NCBI GenBank assembly: GCA_965285935.1
Contig: OZ260662.1
Coordinates: 63,302,001 to 63,366,000, forward strand
Direction of reading: 5' to 3'
DNA: 64,000 bases
Source of the DNA: Ophelia neglecta
Lineage: Eukaryota
Below the pieces are notes generated by a model that saw nothing but the letters and a program-made list of their open reading frames with translations, did not search any database and was not told the DNA's origin. Both the position numbers and the translations under genes were made by a program. Below are positions 13,401 to 25,929 of the stretch, one piece after another. Positions within the stretch are counted from its first letter, which is position 1; each line of letters begins with the position of its first letter.

Positions 13401-16199
13401 TGATAGATTGAAGACTTAAGGCCATAACATCAGGCCATGGGGAAGCAATTCCATCATCAACCAATAAAAATAAACGCCCAGACCAATCTCACTGTACAGG
13501 CAGATGATGGGCTTCTGCTGCAGAAACAGAGCAAATATCATCCTGAATTTGTATTTTTGGAGGAAGAGAAATAATTGGAGAGCAATCATGAATTTTTCAG
13601 TGATCACTTCATGGGCTTCCCGAAAACAAATGACAATTTTAAGTTGGTTATCTGGCTTCCTGTTCCTGAGAAGTGCCAAAGGTTGAACTTGATTTGCCTG
13701 TGTCTAATGATATTATCTTCCCCGAGATCCTCCAGGAGGATATGGGCCCACGAGGTACACCAACACTGTAGATTCATCTGTCAGCAATCTAATTGAATGA
13801 TGGCTTACAATGGTCACAATGTAGATGATGAAGGAAAAAGCTTCATCTTAACATCATGATGGGCAATTGTGGATAACAAACGACACTGCATGGAGTATCT
13901 AAATTGAAGGCACGCAATAATGTACAAGTTGACTCAGCTCCTTTTGTGCCTCAATTCAGAAGAGAAAATAATGTCAAAACACTTAGGATGATTGGGTTAG
14001 TGTAAGCTGGCCAGAGCCTGATTTTGGTTGACATGCGATTTCTCTTTGCATGCCATCTCTATCATCTGTAACTATATCAGGACCATATTTAGTGATCCCC
14101 GCTGGCCCAGCATTGTGATTAGATAGAGAGTGATCTATGAACTCGACAGAAATTGTCCTCTCTCAGCGGGGAACTTGGCTCAATGTGATTTGGCCAGGGA
14201 AAGCAGCTTATTGGAAGATTTCTGCATGGCTTGTTCATCTAGTCTGTACTGTATGGCATTGGCTCAGCCACAGCTCTCAGTTTTGGTGCAAGAAAAATAT
14301 CAATCCCAGTTCATCACATTGAAACAGGAGCACTGCCACTTGCTACCATTGAAGCAAATGAAACTATACAAAAATGAACTAATCAAATTCATTATTAGCT
14401 TTTAAATAAAATTTGGCGCAATTTTAGGGGGCTAATTTACCCTCAAAACAAGATTATTGACTGTTTAATCTGTGCAGACCAGGAGGACTCTTCAAATAGT
14501 TTGCTAATGGCAGCTTGTGTATTTCTTGTTAGATTTCACACCTGTGATGTCCATTTATCCTTTTAAAAGGTATGAGAACCATCTTGTCCATTCATTGTAT
14601 CTGTTTGTTTTGTGGGACACTTAAAGGGAAGGTTCATCAGGGTGCATGCCAAGTATTTTTCTCAATATGTATTTGCCGCAAGTCTTTCATCTAAATAAGC
14701 ATGTGGTGTTTATGGAAATGATGATAAGCAAACTGAGGAGAAAAGACTGAAAATTTAAGAGCAAAGAAGAGATAGTGGGCATTATAAAGGTAACCAGGTG
14801 CAGGGTATAGATGGTGAAAACCGTTTTAGGGAGACTACTTCACAGTATAAAGGCCTTTGAGGGCATTGATCACTTGGCCGACAGATTTTGTGTGGTCGAT
14901 TGTTGATGTGTGGGAGCAGTAGTAGTGGAGCAGGATGCCCCTTTTTCTACATTTCCACTGGATTTATTGGGGACAATCAGCTTGGTGTCTGTTGTGTTTA
15001 CTTGAGGCTTAAGTCTGATCTTTTTATTGTCAAAGGTGTGTGTCTGTCACTGGGAAATAACAATGATGAGGAAGATATTGACTGATGTCCATTCATCTGT
15101 CCCACAGACATCAATACTTACAGCAAAAGCCGGTCAAAGAAGCCTCACCTCATACTCACTGAAATACTTCATTAATATTTCATTTAGATTGAAAATAAAT
15201 GAATAAAACACAACTGGCACATTCTGCAGAGAATCATTTTATGACATTGTCTTGAATGCACTTGTGTCTGAAGTCTGGTCATTTAAAATCTATCAGACAA
15301 ATGTCTTATGGCCCAAGTTCAGACTTAGTATGTGTTAAGACAGCCAGCCCTTGATAGAAGCATTGATGCTTTGGCATACAGCAGGTAGAGTCTGTATTAC
15401 CACCCCCCCCCTCCCCATAGATCTACTTGAGAGCAGTGTCTGTGTGGAGCTTTGTGACCCCTCCCCTCCTGGTCTGCTCCTGTTCTGTAAATAGGGTTAA
15501 GTTTACTCAATCCACAAATTTCATGTCATGTTCTCACCTAAGTGGACAGTCAGGGGCAATGTGCACATAGTGCTTCTAGCTGGGTGTGTGATCTTACCAC
15601 TTTACCAGGGAGCTTCACATAGCCAATCCACAATGGTCAGCAAATACAAGAGAGATCTTCTGTTTGCCCACCATACAGTCCTTTACAGTTGTCTTTAGGT
15701 GTGTAAACTGTTAGTCTCATCTCCTGTTTGCCCACTTTCAGGCTTTTATCCTGTCCTGTTATTGACTCATGTGATCATCTTCCTGTCCACTGTTTGAATC
15801 CTTTAGATCTTCTCACATTCTAGGTAAAATATTGTATGAAACTCACCTACCTGGATGATGTCAGTAGCCGAGCCACTCACACACATAACTTGTCCTATTT
15901 GTCAACCAATTAATATTTTAAGGCACTGCAGACTGTAAATTTGTACCAATAGATCACTCTTAAAATCAAAAGTCATTCTTTTATGATATGATAAAAAATC
16001 ACTTCAGTTGGGCAAATAAAGCATCCTTGTTATGGAATGGCTCCTCTCGTTGGTTGGTCTGCTGATGGCCCACACTCTGAGAGACAAGATGGATGCTTTC
16101 TGCTTTTGACAGGCCTTCCATCATGTTCCATATCTCTAAGACAATTCCACTGACAGTAACACATTGCTCATCCTATAGAGCCAATTACTCCAGACACCT

Positions 16200-16460
16200 C
16201 CCTAATAGCTTGTCAATTAGCCACTTAATTAACTCATATTTGCATTTTTCCTGCCTTGCTGGCCGTCCCTGTAATGACAGGCAGTGGCTCTGAGCTGTCA
16301 ACTGCTGATTTGATTCTCTCTGTAATTAGCCTTGTAATTAAAGCCCGAGAATTCCCATCCCGTCTGAATGGAATCTACATTTTGTGCTTCCTTTCTCTAA
16401 ATTCCAAAACTTTATAGGAAAGATAAACTACTATCTTTACAAGTGTCTAGACAAATAGTC
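16200..16460. promoter_or_regulatory. Candidate developmental enhancer (motif cluster)
   Basis: Octamer ATTTGCAT at 16238-16245, several TAATTA/CAATTA homeodomain sites, TGTCA/TGACA TALE sites, CACTTAA, and palindromic Smad site GTCTAGAC at 16445-16452. Confidence 0.4.
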
Positions 16461-19400
16461 ATCTTTTTTGGTGGGTTGTTTACTTATCATATAAGTGTCT
16501 GTATTGGCTATGATTCATTTTAGATCCAACCTGAGTACAATGCCTTTTGGATGTAGCATTGACAATCAATTGGTATCATTTATCGAGAATCATATGCTCA
16601 TCAGGGAGCTGCCTTCCTGTGCTGACACTAGCCAACTCCGATCTCATCAATATTTGACCCTCTGTCTGTGGGTCAACTGTGATTCACTTGTCGTGATGGG
16701 GTGGCCTCTTTCAGTCAATTGTCAGCCAATTAATTATGGCAGCCTACCAAGATAAAAGATGTGCTAATGTTCACTCATCCCTTCTCTGGCTGCAGACCCT
16801 TTGTTCATCTTCATTGTCTGCAGCCTGGCACAAGAAAACTTGTGCTCCATCTTCTCTCTGATCCTCTTATCATAGTGCCTCTACATCATTTACACCAATT
16901 GCTGCTTAATTTTCAAAGGGATGAGTCAATAGCCTCCTAGAGACAAGCATTTAAGGATGTTCTGGGTCCATTAAGTGTCGGTTGGTCTTGTCATGGCTAG
17001 TGCATGGACTAGAGAAAGCTACTGTAAAGGTGACATGAGGAATTTGACGGTTTACAAGTGTATCGACGTGAGAGTCATACATTGTCATATATCAGTCATA
17101 TGACCAAATAATGTTATGTACATGTACAGTATATGTGTCCTAGTTTAGTATTCAGATGCAAATTAAATGTATGATATTACTTTATGGTATAAAGTTTTGT
17201 TGCAATTATTAACTTGCAAACTATGTAATGGTCTATGTTTCAGAAAAAGTTCTAGTGGTAACCATTCAATTTACAGTTCTATGAATTCCCATAAACATAA
17301 TAATTATATCATCATAAATGTAGAGACTTGAGAGCAAAATGTGAGTCATGTATATTCAGTGTATTCATTGGGGTGGACCATCTGCTTAATCTGATGTGTT
17401 ATTATTCCTTCAAACAGTGCAATATGGATTTTAACATCCAATCTGATGTTTATGTTGGACAGTGGTTCTGATTATATAATGCCAGTGATAATTGAGACAT
17501 TTGTTCCCTAGTGGTGCTGAAGCAGGTGGTATCTTGGGGTCTGGCTGTTGTCTTGTTCACAGCCTGAATCAACAATTAGGGAGAATGAAGAACATCTTGT
17601 TATGTCAGAATCAGCTCCACTGGAGGTCCGTGTGTACACAGGGTGGCAATGAAATGCTGAACAATTTGCTGTGCAAGAGATTGACTATTGATGAGGTCCC
17701 TTAATCAATGATATTGCACCATCAGTATGTACACATGGCCGATACTCTATGATCTAACTGTGACACCCTCATTTTATATGTATAGATTGATTTGTGATAT
17801 GTGATAAAACTGTGTTCAAACCTCTGCTAGCAGTAGATCTCAGTTTGGGATTACTGCAAAATAAGAAAATTATTTACTACTACTAACATGTGTGTATGAA
17901 ACTTTGCCCCCTCCCATCCCCCCCCCCTCTCCCCTCCCCCTCTCCCCCCCTAAAGTGAATGTGATCAGTTCCCATCTCATTCTAACCAGATTTTAAGGAA
18001 ATCAAATGATAGTTCTTCACACTTGCAGCTGGTAACAATCTATTAAATTTTGACTGACCTTGACCCACTTTGAAGGACACATCACCTTCATGTGCTCAGA
18101 ATGGGCACTAGCACAATGGAATATTTCCTATTTAATTCCCTGTATACATGGCTGCATGCAGAGTCAGCTTTGTCCATTCTTTAGTGCTACTTTATCAGGC
18201 TTCACCAAGAAAACCCTCAAAGGTAACTATGCTGTTGAAATGCATGGGGTAACTGAAAATAGCATATTTTTATGTCTAAATTGCCAACAAACTTGAATTT
18301 GCAACATTCTTCCTCTCAAGTACATTTTTCCTCCAAATGTAATGAAAAGATAATTCTATTTTGCATACTTCAGAGGGAAATAGTAAATTTTGCACTTTCA
18401 TGTATTAAGTTCCCAGTAAGTAATTTCTAATCAGTACTTTCATCTGGGAGAACTAATTGGCAAAAAGTGAGCAATAATTAATGGAGATTTATAGACCTTC
18501 CCTCTGAGGCTTGCATTTGTATGTAAAAGGCTGCCAAACTAGCATGAGTGGCTTGGCTTAGGTTTTAAGGTCGAGGTCACACGTTACCATTCACGATTAC
18601 TAGCCTGCAAATTAAAAATCCAACAGCTTTAGCTGCACAAAATTATGCTTTTTACAAAGAGATACTTTCTACAAAAAAATAAATGGATAAGCTGATTGAA
18701 AACTTAAGTGTACAGACATATACAAGGTCCATGTTTATTAAATTCAACCTTGTACACATTAATGCAGGAAGTTTCACAAATTTCTAGTATTTTAGCAGAC
18801 TAGAAATATACTGCAACCTAAGCAACTGTAGGTATTATAGACCAAATATTGTATCTCATTTATATCCGCTTCTTCAGGAATGCTGGATCAAAGAGAAAGC
18901 ACCTCTATACATCCAGAGACAAAAGGAATCAAAAACCAAACACACATATTGGCCCCTGAGCACATTTTGCATTAACATCATGAGGATGATCACCTAAAAA
19001 ATGCCCAAAGTCACAATTCCATATTTGAGGAAGTTTGCCTTCAAATAACCACTCTGATCGTCCTTATGAAGTCCTTTGGATGAGACATGATGTGATAAAT
19101 TGATGAAATCAGTGAAACTTTTCTCGGCATAGGTGATCGTGCCATGGCATGATGTTCGGCCTGGGGCTGTGGAGACAAACACAAAACTATGCCGATGACA
19201 ATCAGAGATAATTCAGATTTGTGTGTGCCCAGCATGGCTCTGCCTCTGTCTCTATCTCTCATCTATCATATTTTATTGACTCTGTCATTGAGGAAGAGTC
19301 ACAAAGAAGAAGAAAATGGGAAACCTAACTGTCTTTCCCACCTTTCCAAATACACCTTGTGCATAACATCAAGAGTGGAGCATCAGTCCCTGTGCTACAA

Positions 19401-20624
19401 TATCTAAATGGGCAAATTATATTGACACCATTATCAAACAATTACTGACTCTCATGATGTTATTACACTTAAAGCTGCATATCTGTGAAACTTCTTATCA
19501 AAAATAATTGAACCTTACGTTCCTGGCATGTTTGTTGAACAGATATATATTCATTTGATGCTGTTGATGGCAGGTTAACAGAATATACCAGACTACATTC
19601 AAACTGAGAGCTAAAATGCCAGCAGAGATATTGAATTCTTCACAAACAGCAGCAATGTTATGAAAGAGGTTTTCTTTATGGTCTTTTAATACCTTGAGAT
19701 AATCTGCAGATAATATAAGGGTTGTTCTCCTCAGTGAACTGAATGTTTTAATCTCTTGAGCCCTTATTTTCTGAGGCAATTATCTGACCAGAAATCCTGC
19801 CCGGTGAATGCACTTCATTAAGCCAAACCTGAAAAATGCAGGTGGAAATGTTTGCCAAGCATTCAAGTGGCTACTTAACACTAGTGTTTATAATCAGAGA
19901 CAAATTATTTTCCATATCCCACCCAATGATTCTACTTCAAGAATAGCTCTAATCTTAAAGTAAGTTAAACTTCAGCAAAATGTATAAACATGACAAAACA
20001 AACATTTCATCCCACCAAAAAAGTCCACTTGTTAAAGAGATGATTGTATGGCCAAGCCGCTGCTTCCTCCAAGGAGTCTGTGATGTTATAAGTGTGTGTA
20101 TGGCTAGGGGTTTGTTAGTGTGTCTTTCTTGTTTTGTCTACTTTTTTATGCCTTCAAGCATGTTTATGTACCACTTCTCATCTGGTGTGTTTATTCCTGA
20201 TAAAAAAACATGTTATGTCATCTTGTGTGTGGGGGAGAATGACCACTAATAAACAATCATACTCAGCATTCGATTGAATTTGTTTTAAAAATTAATCCTT
20301 CAGCATGCCAATTTTATCCTAGAATTGTTTTAAAATGTGTTTTTTTTCTTCTTCTTGGTCCAGTAAGGATAACAATGTAGCCCAATTGGTATCAAAGTGT
20401 TATGACATGTTTCCCATGGCTTTAGCCTACAAATAAAAGATGGGACTTGGATCTACAACTGAGCAGCATACAGTCAGATCAAGGGTCACTTGTCAAACAC
20501 CATGGATACAGGGCTCAAGGGTAGACACATCATGGTTAACCACTTAGATGTCCCTGCAAGCATTATTTAGTATAACTAAAACTTTATGAAATGTTAAAAT
20601 GTAGTGGCTTGCTCATAAATAGTA

Positions 20625-20801
20625 CAGTGAAACATGTAAATTGAGACCACCCAAGGGACTGCAAAACACTGGTCTGAATATGGAAGTGGTCTGTTTAGAC
20701 AGGTTGTTTTATATTTAAAGTATTCATTATGGTGTTCAGATGTGTGGTAGCAATAGACAAGTGGTCTCAATGTAGAGGTGGTCTTAAGGCAGGTTTCACT
20801 G
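20625..20801. mobile_element. Non-autonomous Tc1/mariner (pogo/Tigger-like) MITE, 177 bp
   Basis: Terminal inverted repeats CAGTGAAACATG...CAGGTTTCACTG are flanked by TA on both sides (20623-24, 20802-03). Internal GACCAC/GTGGTC subterminal motifs are present. A related copy lies at 35509-35704. Confidence 0.85.
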
Positions 20802-23461
20802 TACATATATGCTAAAACTTAACATGGTTGAAGAGCCAAACTTGCAGATGATAAATGACTAGTTTTCGGTTCAATAAAAAAAAACACCATCACAAGATCT
20901 TCTTTGTGGCAAAGATATCATTCATGTGTTATATAGTGATGAATTGTGAATATAAGGTTTGTGAAATCTTTGAAGGAAAGACAAAAATTCTGTCAGTAAT
21001 GATAGAAATACACTACCAAAAGTTACAGTTTACTAGTATATTGTTTTTATTTCATTAAAAAGTCACAAACAAGCCTGAGTAAGATGCTAATAATCTCTTT
21101 TGTTGTTTTTAGTATGAGAGCTGTTGGGTTGAATGATTAAGAATAGGGTATGATTTTATCTGTTCAGTTCTCCTGTGTTCACAAAATTGTCTTCCATCTA
21201 GGAGCGTCCATTTTGTAATGTGTGATAAATCATTATCAAATATGGTCGTTTGCAAACACTGATTTAATTTGTTGGTGTTTCACATGTAAATGTGATTGTC
21301 ACTCCCTGTGGGCAGATGGGCTGTGATGGTAGATACCATTTCTAACACAACCCATGGACAGTCCACTATGTGGTTAGGGGTGTGAGTTCACACAGACAAA
21401 CAAAAAGTTATTTTTTTCAGCTCTGTTAGGCAATTAATGCTTGAATTTTAGAGTAAATGAATAAAAAAATAACTTACAGTGCACATCAATAGAATATGAT
21501 GATACGAAATGCAAGTTTTCACAATATGTGAATAAGCTAATAACAGGAAAAATGTGATATGATTTACACAATTCTCATCCACCCTGTCCCCCTCTGATAG
21601 GGAATAGAAATATGCAGGACTTTACCTGTGATTACAGAACTGGCCACACAATTAATAACGCCACCCGGAAATTGAAGCTCCGACTTGAGTGGTGCCAGTC
21701 CTGAGAGGTGGATTGATGAATCCAATGTTGGGAGCTGGATGACAATAAAACTTCATCTGTTCATATGGAGAGTTAAGAAGACAATGGAATGGCGGCTGTG
21801 TCTTTGTCTGTCCTGATTTCTGATGGTAATGGGGCGATGATCGCCTGGTGGGGCCCATGCACTACCCAAAGACAACTGGGTCTGAAAAGGAAAATGAGAA
21901 AATATCAAGCAGCCACAACTTCTAAGCTACTCACTAGAGTTTTGTTTGAATGATTAATCATTATAGCCATATTTTTTTGTAATGATATTACACATTTGGA
22001 AAAATCATCTGTTTCTACATGAATGAAATATTTGAATATTTTTAGTCAACAATAATTTAAATTATAGTGACGCTGCTATAGTGCTGCCCCCAGCCTGCTT
22101 TTATAATGCCTTTTTTTGTGAGCACTACTTTCAGCTCTCCTCTCACACAACTTTCTACCTGGCTTATCAATCAAAGTATCTGTTTGATAAGAATAATAAA
22201 TTGCGTGCAAATAAAATTGGTGCATTTGCCTGTCAGGGATGCCTGTATTTCTGATGACATTGTCTCATTTTGTTCCTTTGATGTGTATTTGCACGGAAAT
22301 CCACTTTGGTTTTTTGACAATATTCCCTCTTGCCTTGGGGTGTTGTGTTTGCCTTCCCTCTGTTGTGCTTGTCATGTATCCATCTAGTCTGAAACAGATC
22401 ACCCAGCCCCACAAGAAATAATCCATGCCAGGCTATTAAATGCACAGGTAATTGATAAAATCAAATGAGCCAGGGGAGAAGAAGGCACAAAGGTCTGAGC
22501 TCACCTCCATTGATTTGTAATCACTCGGCCTGAAAGTCAAAATTTCATCCCAGAGGAAATTGAATGTTTGAACTGAAAAAGCAAACAAATATTGAGATTT
22601 TGTTTTTTGATTGCTAGCAGAAGCTATGGCTCATTGAAAGAAGAAATTGCAGAAATGATACAGAAATATCCTGCAATGCCCGTCCCCTAAATGTATGAAA
22701 AATCGCCTGCCATTATTATGTGTTTAATTACTTCAGTCTGTTTCATTCGCCTGATGGAGTTTGACTTACTCTCTCATAACTTATTTCTATTTGTTTCTCC
22801 CAATAGTACTAGCCTTTTCATCTGACAGTCTGAATCCAAAAACTGTGCATCTTATGAAGCATGTTTTTCAGCGTTAACCATTCTGAAATAAAATTCTTTT
22901 TATTCAAATGTATGTCAATAATTGTCAATATTGATACCACATATCACCTTGAGGTGTTGCTTGTAATCAAGCCACTGTAAATACATGTGATGCTTGGAAG
23001 ATAGTGTTCAATATTTAAAATTTGCCTTTAATATCAGGTACCCATGGTTTTAAGTATTCATTTCCAGAAAACAGTGTCTTTTGTTGTCATAATGATACAT
23101 GTCCCATCCATGTAGCTCACAGAGAAAACAAGAAGCAAGATGGTTGTGCGCCTGATACATAATTTTCCTGGGGATGTTCGTGCGCCAGCCAACCATCCAT
23201 CTATTAATTTCCTCTGGCTTGATCTATCACCTTCGCCTTCATTGTTTTTTTTACCTGTCTGACCCTCCCCGATGCCCAGGTGGCAAGCCATGCCAAAGTG
23301 TCCATGGTAAATCTCATACCTTCTTGTCTGTGATATATAGCAGGCAGACTATCAGCTTGTCATTTCTCAACAGTTACCTCTTATTAGACACATGCAATGT
23401 CGGTGACAGGCATATTCCATTCTTACTCTACCAGACACAGGAAAACATTGTACATCAATTA

Positions 23462-23556
23462 TAGTTTGAACTAAAAGATATCTTTTTCAATATGAAAAAG
23501 TTTGTTTGAAAAGTTAGTTTGAACTAAAAGATATCTTTTTTAATATGAAAAAGTTT
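23462..23556. repeat. Direct duplication of ~42 bp (period 53)
   Basis: TAGTTTGAACTAAAAGATATCTTTTT(C/T)AATATGAAAAAGTTT at 23462 and 23515. Confidence 0.9.
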
Positions 23557-23743
23557 TCCAAGGGCCAAATTCAGTTTATATACAAATATACAGTAAATGT
23601 ACATGCACTTTAAATATAATAATTGCTTTGTCAGGGACCCATAATTAATTAATGGACCTCTGAAGTAATATAAATGTACATGTGCATATACTGTCCATGT
23701 ATTTTTTTATTGCCAAGTAAAGTCTTACTTTTTTCTATTTAAG

Positions 23744-24390
23744 ATGAGCCAGAAGATAACTATGAGCAGTTTGATGATAATCATGACAGTGAGAGTGATT
23801 CTCTGGAGGTGACGGAGCCATCCTCCAGTCCTGCCCACAGACTCTCCATACTTGGGCTCCATGAAAACCAGTTAAGAGGCCACCTTCATCATAGAGATCA
23901 GCCTAGCGACCGGCCCCGTGGAGACCGGCCCTATGGAGACCAGCCCTATGTAGACCAGCCCTATGGAGAAACTGGGCCACCCCTGGTTAACCATAGGGAC
24001 CAGCCCTATGGAGACCAGCCCTATGGAGACAGTGGTCCACCCCTGGCTAACCATAGGGACCAGTCCTATGAACACCAGCCATATGGAGACACTAGGCCAC
24101 CCCTGGCTAACCCTAGGGACCAGCCCTATGGTCACATTCAACCACCCCTTGCTAACCATAGGGACCAGCCCTATACAGACACTCGGCCACCCCTGGCTAG
24201 CCCTAGGGATCATCCGCCCATCTACATTCCCGAGGACATTCCCATTCCAGAGGAGTTTGAACTTCGAGAATCGTCTGTGATGGATAGCCTTGGAGTCTGG
24301 ACCAAGGTGATCATCCCAGATGGGAGAAAGTTTGGCCCCTTCCAAGGAGTACTCAAACCCATAGTAGCTGACCCGTCCTCTGCCTGGGAG
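23744..24390 (+). CDS. PRDM16: Internal coding exon (equivalent to exon 2) of a Prdm3/16 family PR/SET-domain zinc-finger transcription factor (MECOM/MDS1-EVI1, PRDM16, hamlet ortholog); encodes acidic N-terminal region, repeat insert and first part of the PR domain
   Basis: Translation ends IYIPEDIPIPEEFELRESSVMDSLGVWTKVIIPDGRKFGPFQGVLKPIVADPSSAWE. This closely matches the PRDM16/MECOM PR-domain start as I recall it (YIP(E/D)DIPIPx(D/E)FELRES..LG(V/I)W.K....G.KFGP....KDPSYGWE). The acceptor is cttacttttttctatttaAG (AG 23742-23743), with an in-frame TAA directly upstream (23740-23742). The donor is GAG|GTAGGT at 24391. Length is 647 nt = 2 nt + 215 codons (phase 1 start, phase 0 end), the same phases as vertebrate exon 2. 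PRDM3 vs PRDM16 cannot be distinguished; in an invertebrate this is likely the single pro-ortholog. Confidence 0.93.
23896..24219 (+). repeat. In-frame coding tandem repeat (15-nt GACCAGCCCTATGGA modules assembled into 45- and 60-nt units)
   Basis: Protein contains nine [D/H][Q/R][P/S]Y[G/V/E/T] pentapeptides and five PPL[V/A][N/S][H/P]R modules. DNA repeats are GACCAGCCCTATGGAGAC and CCACCCCTGGCTAACCATAGGGAC. Confidence 0.95.
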
Positions 24391-25929
24391 GTAGGTTTAA
24401 GTCATTTAATAACACTGACTAAGCTAGGACAGATGCAAGCTAGGACATTGCATGATACTACCTCTTTAATATTTGTATATATTAAAGTGATATTTCTACA
24501 TGGAAGTTTACTTCTTTTCTGTCTTTTTTGCATTGAATAAAATGTCTGAAAATGTTCAAGCAGAACTGTAGTTTACCTATTAAAGCCCTCTGAATTTATC
24601 TGTTGATATATCAGGCCACATGGGCCGGTAATATGTACCTTATTTTACCAGCCATTGCATCCCTCCACTGGATTGGATGATGATTTTTTATTACAAATTG
24701 CTAGGTATCTTGTGTCATGTGCTTGTTGTTTTGCCCTGTCTTGTCATTCTGGATGAAGGATCAAGCCTATGATATGTGTCTCTCCCCTCCAGTCTATTAT
24801 CTTCTTAAACAGACAAGAGATATCTGATATTGTGTTGCAATTGAATTTCACCTGTGGGGAGACCACCCACACTGTAATGCCTTTTTGGCAATACTCACTT
24901 TGGGGTAAAATTCAAAATCAACATCTAATAAGCATCATTTTAAAGAGCTTACTATCTTTGTCCTGGCAGTTTTGGTTATCTATTGATGTTTGATGGTTGG
25001 AAGGACATGTCTGGGGTTCATCAGCACTGTACATCAGGGCATATGCCTTCAGGCAATTTGTTCTTTTCTACCTGGATGATGTTAAGCTTTAGACCCGACC
25101 ACTGCTGCACAATAGGAGAAGATAGGGACCTGAGCTGTCAAATGATCACCGCTGTCCTTCCCTCCCCTCTCTGACATCACCATGTTTGCTTTATAGCCAG
25201 CTTATAAACTTGAATATGGCGGGATCTCAACCATTGTCAGAGACCAGCCGATTAACTATAATTCCGAATTTGGCTGAATACAATTCTATATTTTATGAGG
25301 CTATGGAATCACAATAACTTTTCATCTATTTCAGATGCTTATGTACATGTGATATTTCAGTACATCTTGTAGCTACTATTGACCCTAGGCCTTTTGTTAG
25401 AAAGCTGAAAAACCTTCGGAATATTCACCTCTCTAATAAACTTCCGTGTATGGATTAAATGGTTATTAAATCACAAAGTTTTTAATTCTTATGTTTATGA
25501 GGCACTAATGGTTGTGAGTGAGCCCTTTTAATGTCACATATAAAAGAAAGATTCACAATAGGACAGGAAGCCTGGAGATGCATCATTGAATTTGTAGGGA
25601 ATTATGAATGATTAGGTTGAGTGAAGAGGAAAAGTGGTGGGATCTCAAACATGACTATCATCATTATGACGTGATGTTTACAAGTGTCACAGTTTCATCT
25701 TGTGTGTTTGTTCACACGCTGGTACTGGTCATATATTTATAAAACCTTGTATTCTCGCTTGGTGTAATCCTGAAGTTGATCTTTTACACCTCAATTGTTT
25801 ATGAATAATTAAGAATTCTACATCATCATGTAGGTAACTTCTTCTTTCTTCAAACTACCTAGTTTTTATATATAAATTAAAATATATATGAATTTAAAAC
25901 ATGTATACACAGAAGCACTGTATACATTG

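Larger units (their letters stand above)
1..23743 (+). other. Large intron upstream of the exon (probable intron 1 of the Prdm3/16 gene; 5' end outside window)
   Basis: Ends in polypyrimidine tract + AG. No MRSK..ARKL-like first exon or other coding exon was recognised upstream within the window. Confidence 0.6.

Noticed and set aside
23744-23812. ATG directly after the acceptor as a start codon
   Set aside because: Out of frame with the PR domain and stops after 22 codons.
23872-24345. 157-aa antisense ORF and 105-aa alternative-frame ORF (23963-24280)
   Set aside because: By-products of the GC-rich coding repeat with unit lengths in multiples of 3; no independent homology.
23809-24540. 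243-aa ORF as a standalone gene
   Set aside because: It starts at an internal GTG. The frame is open from the acceptor at 23744, and homology stops at the GT donor at 24391, so this is an internal exon.
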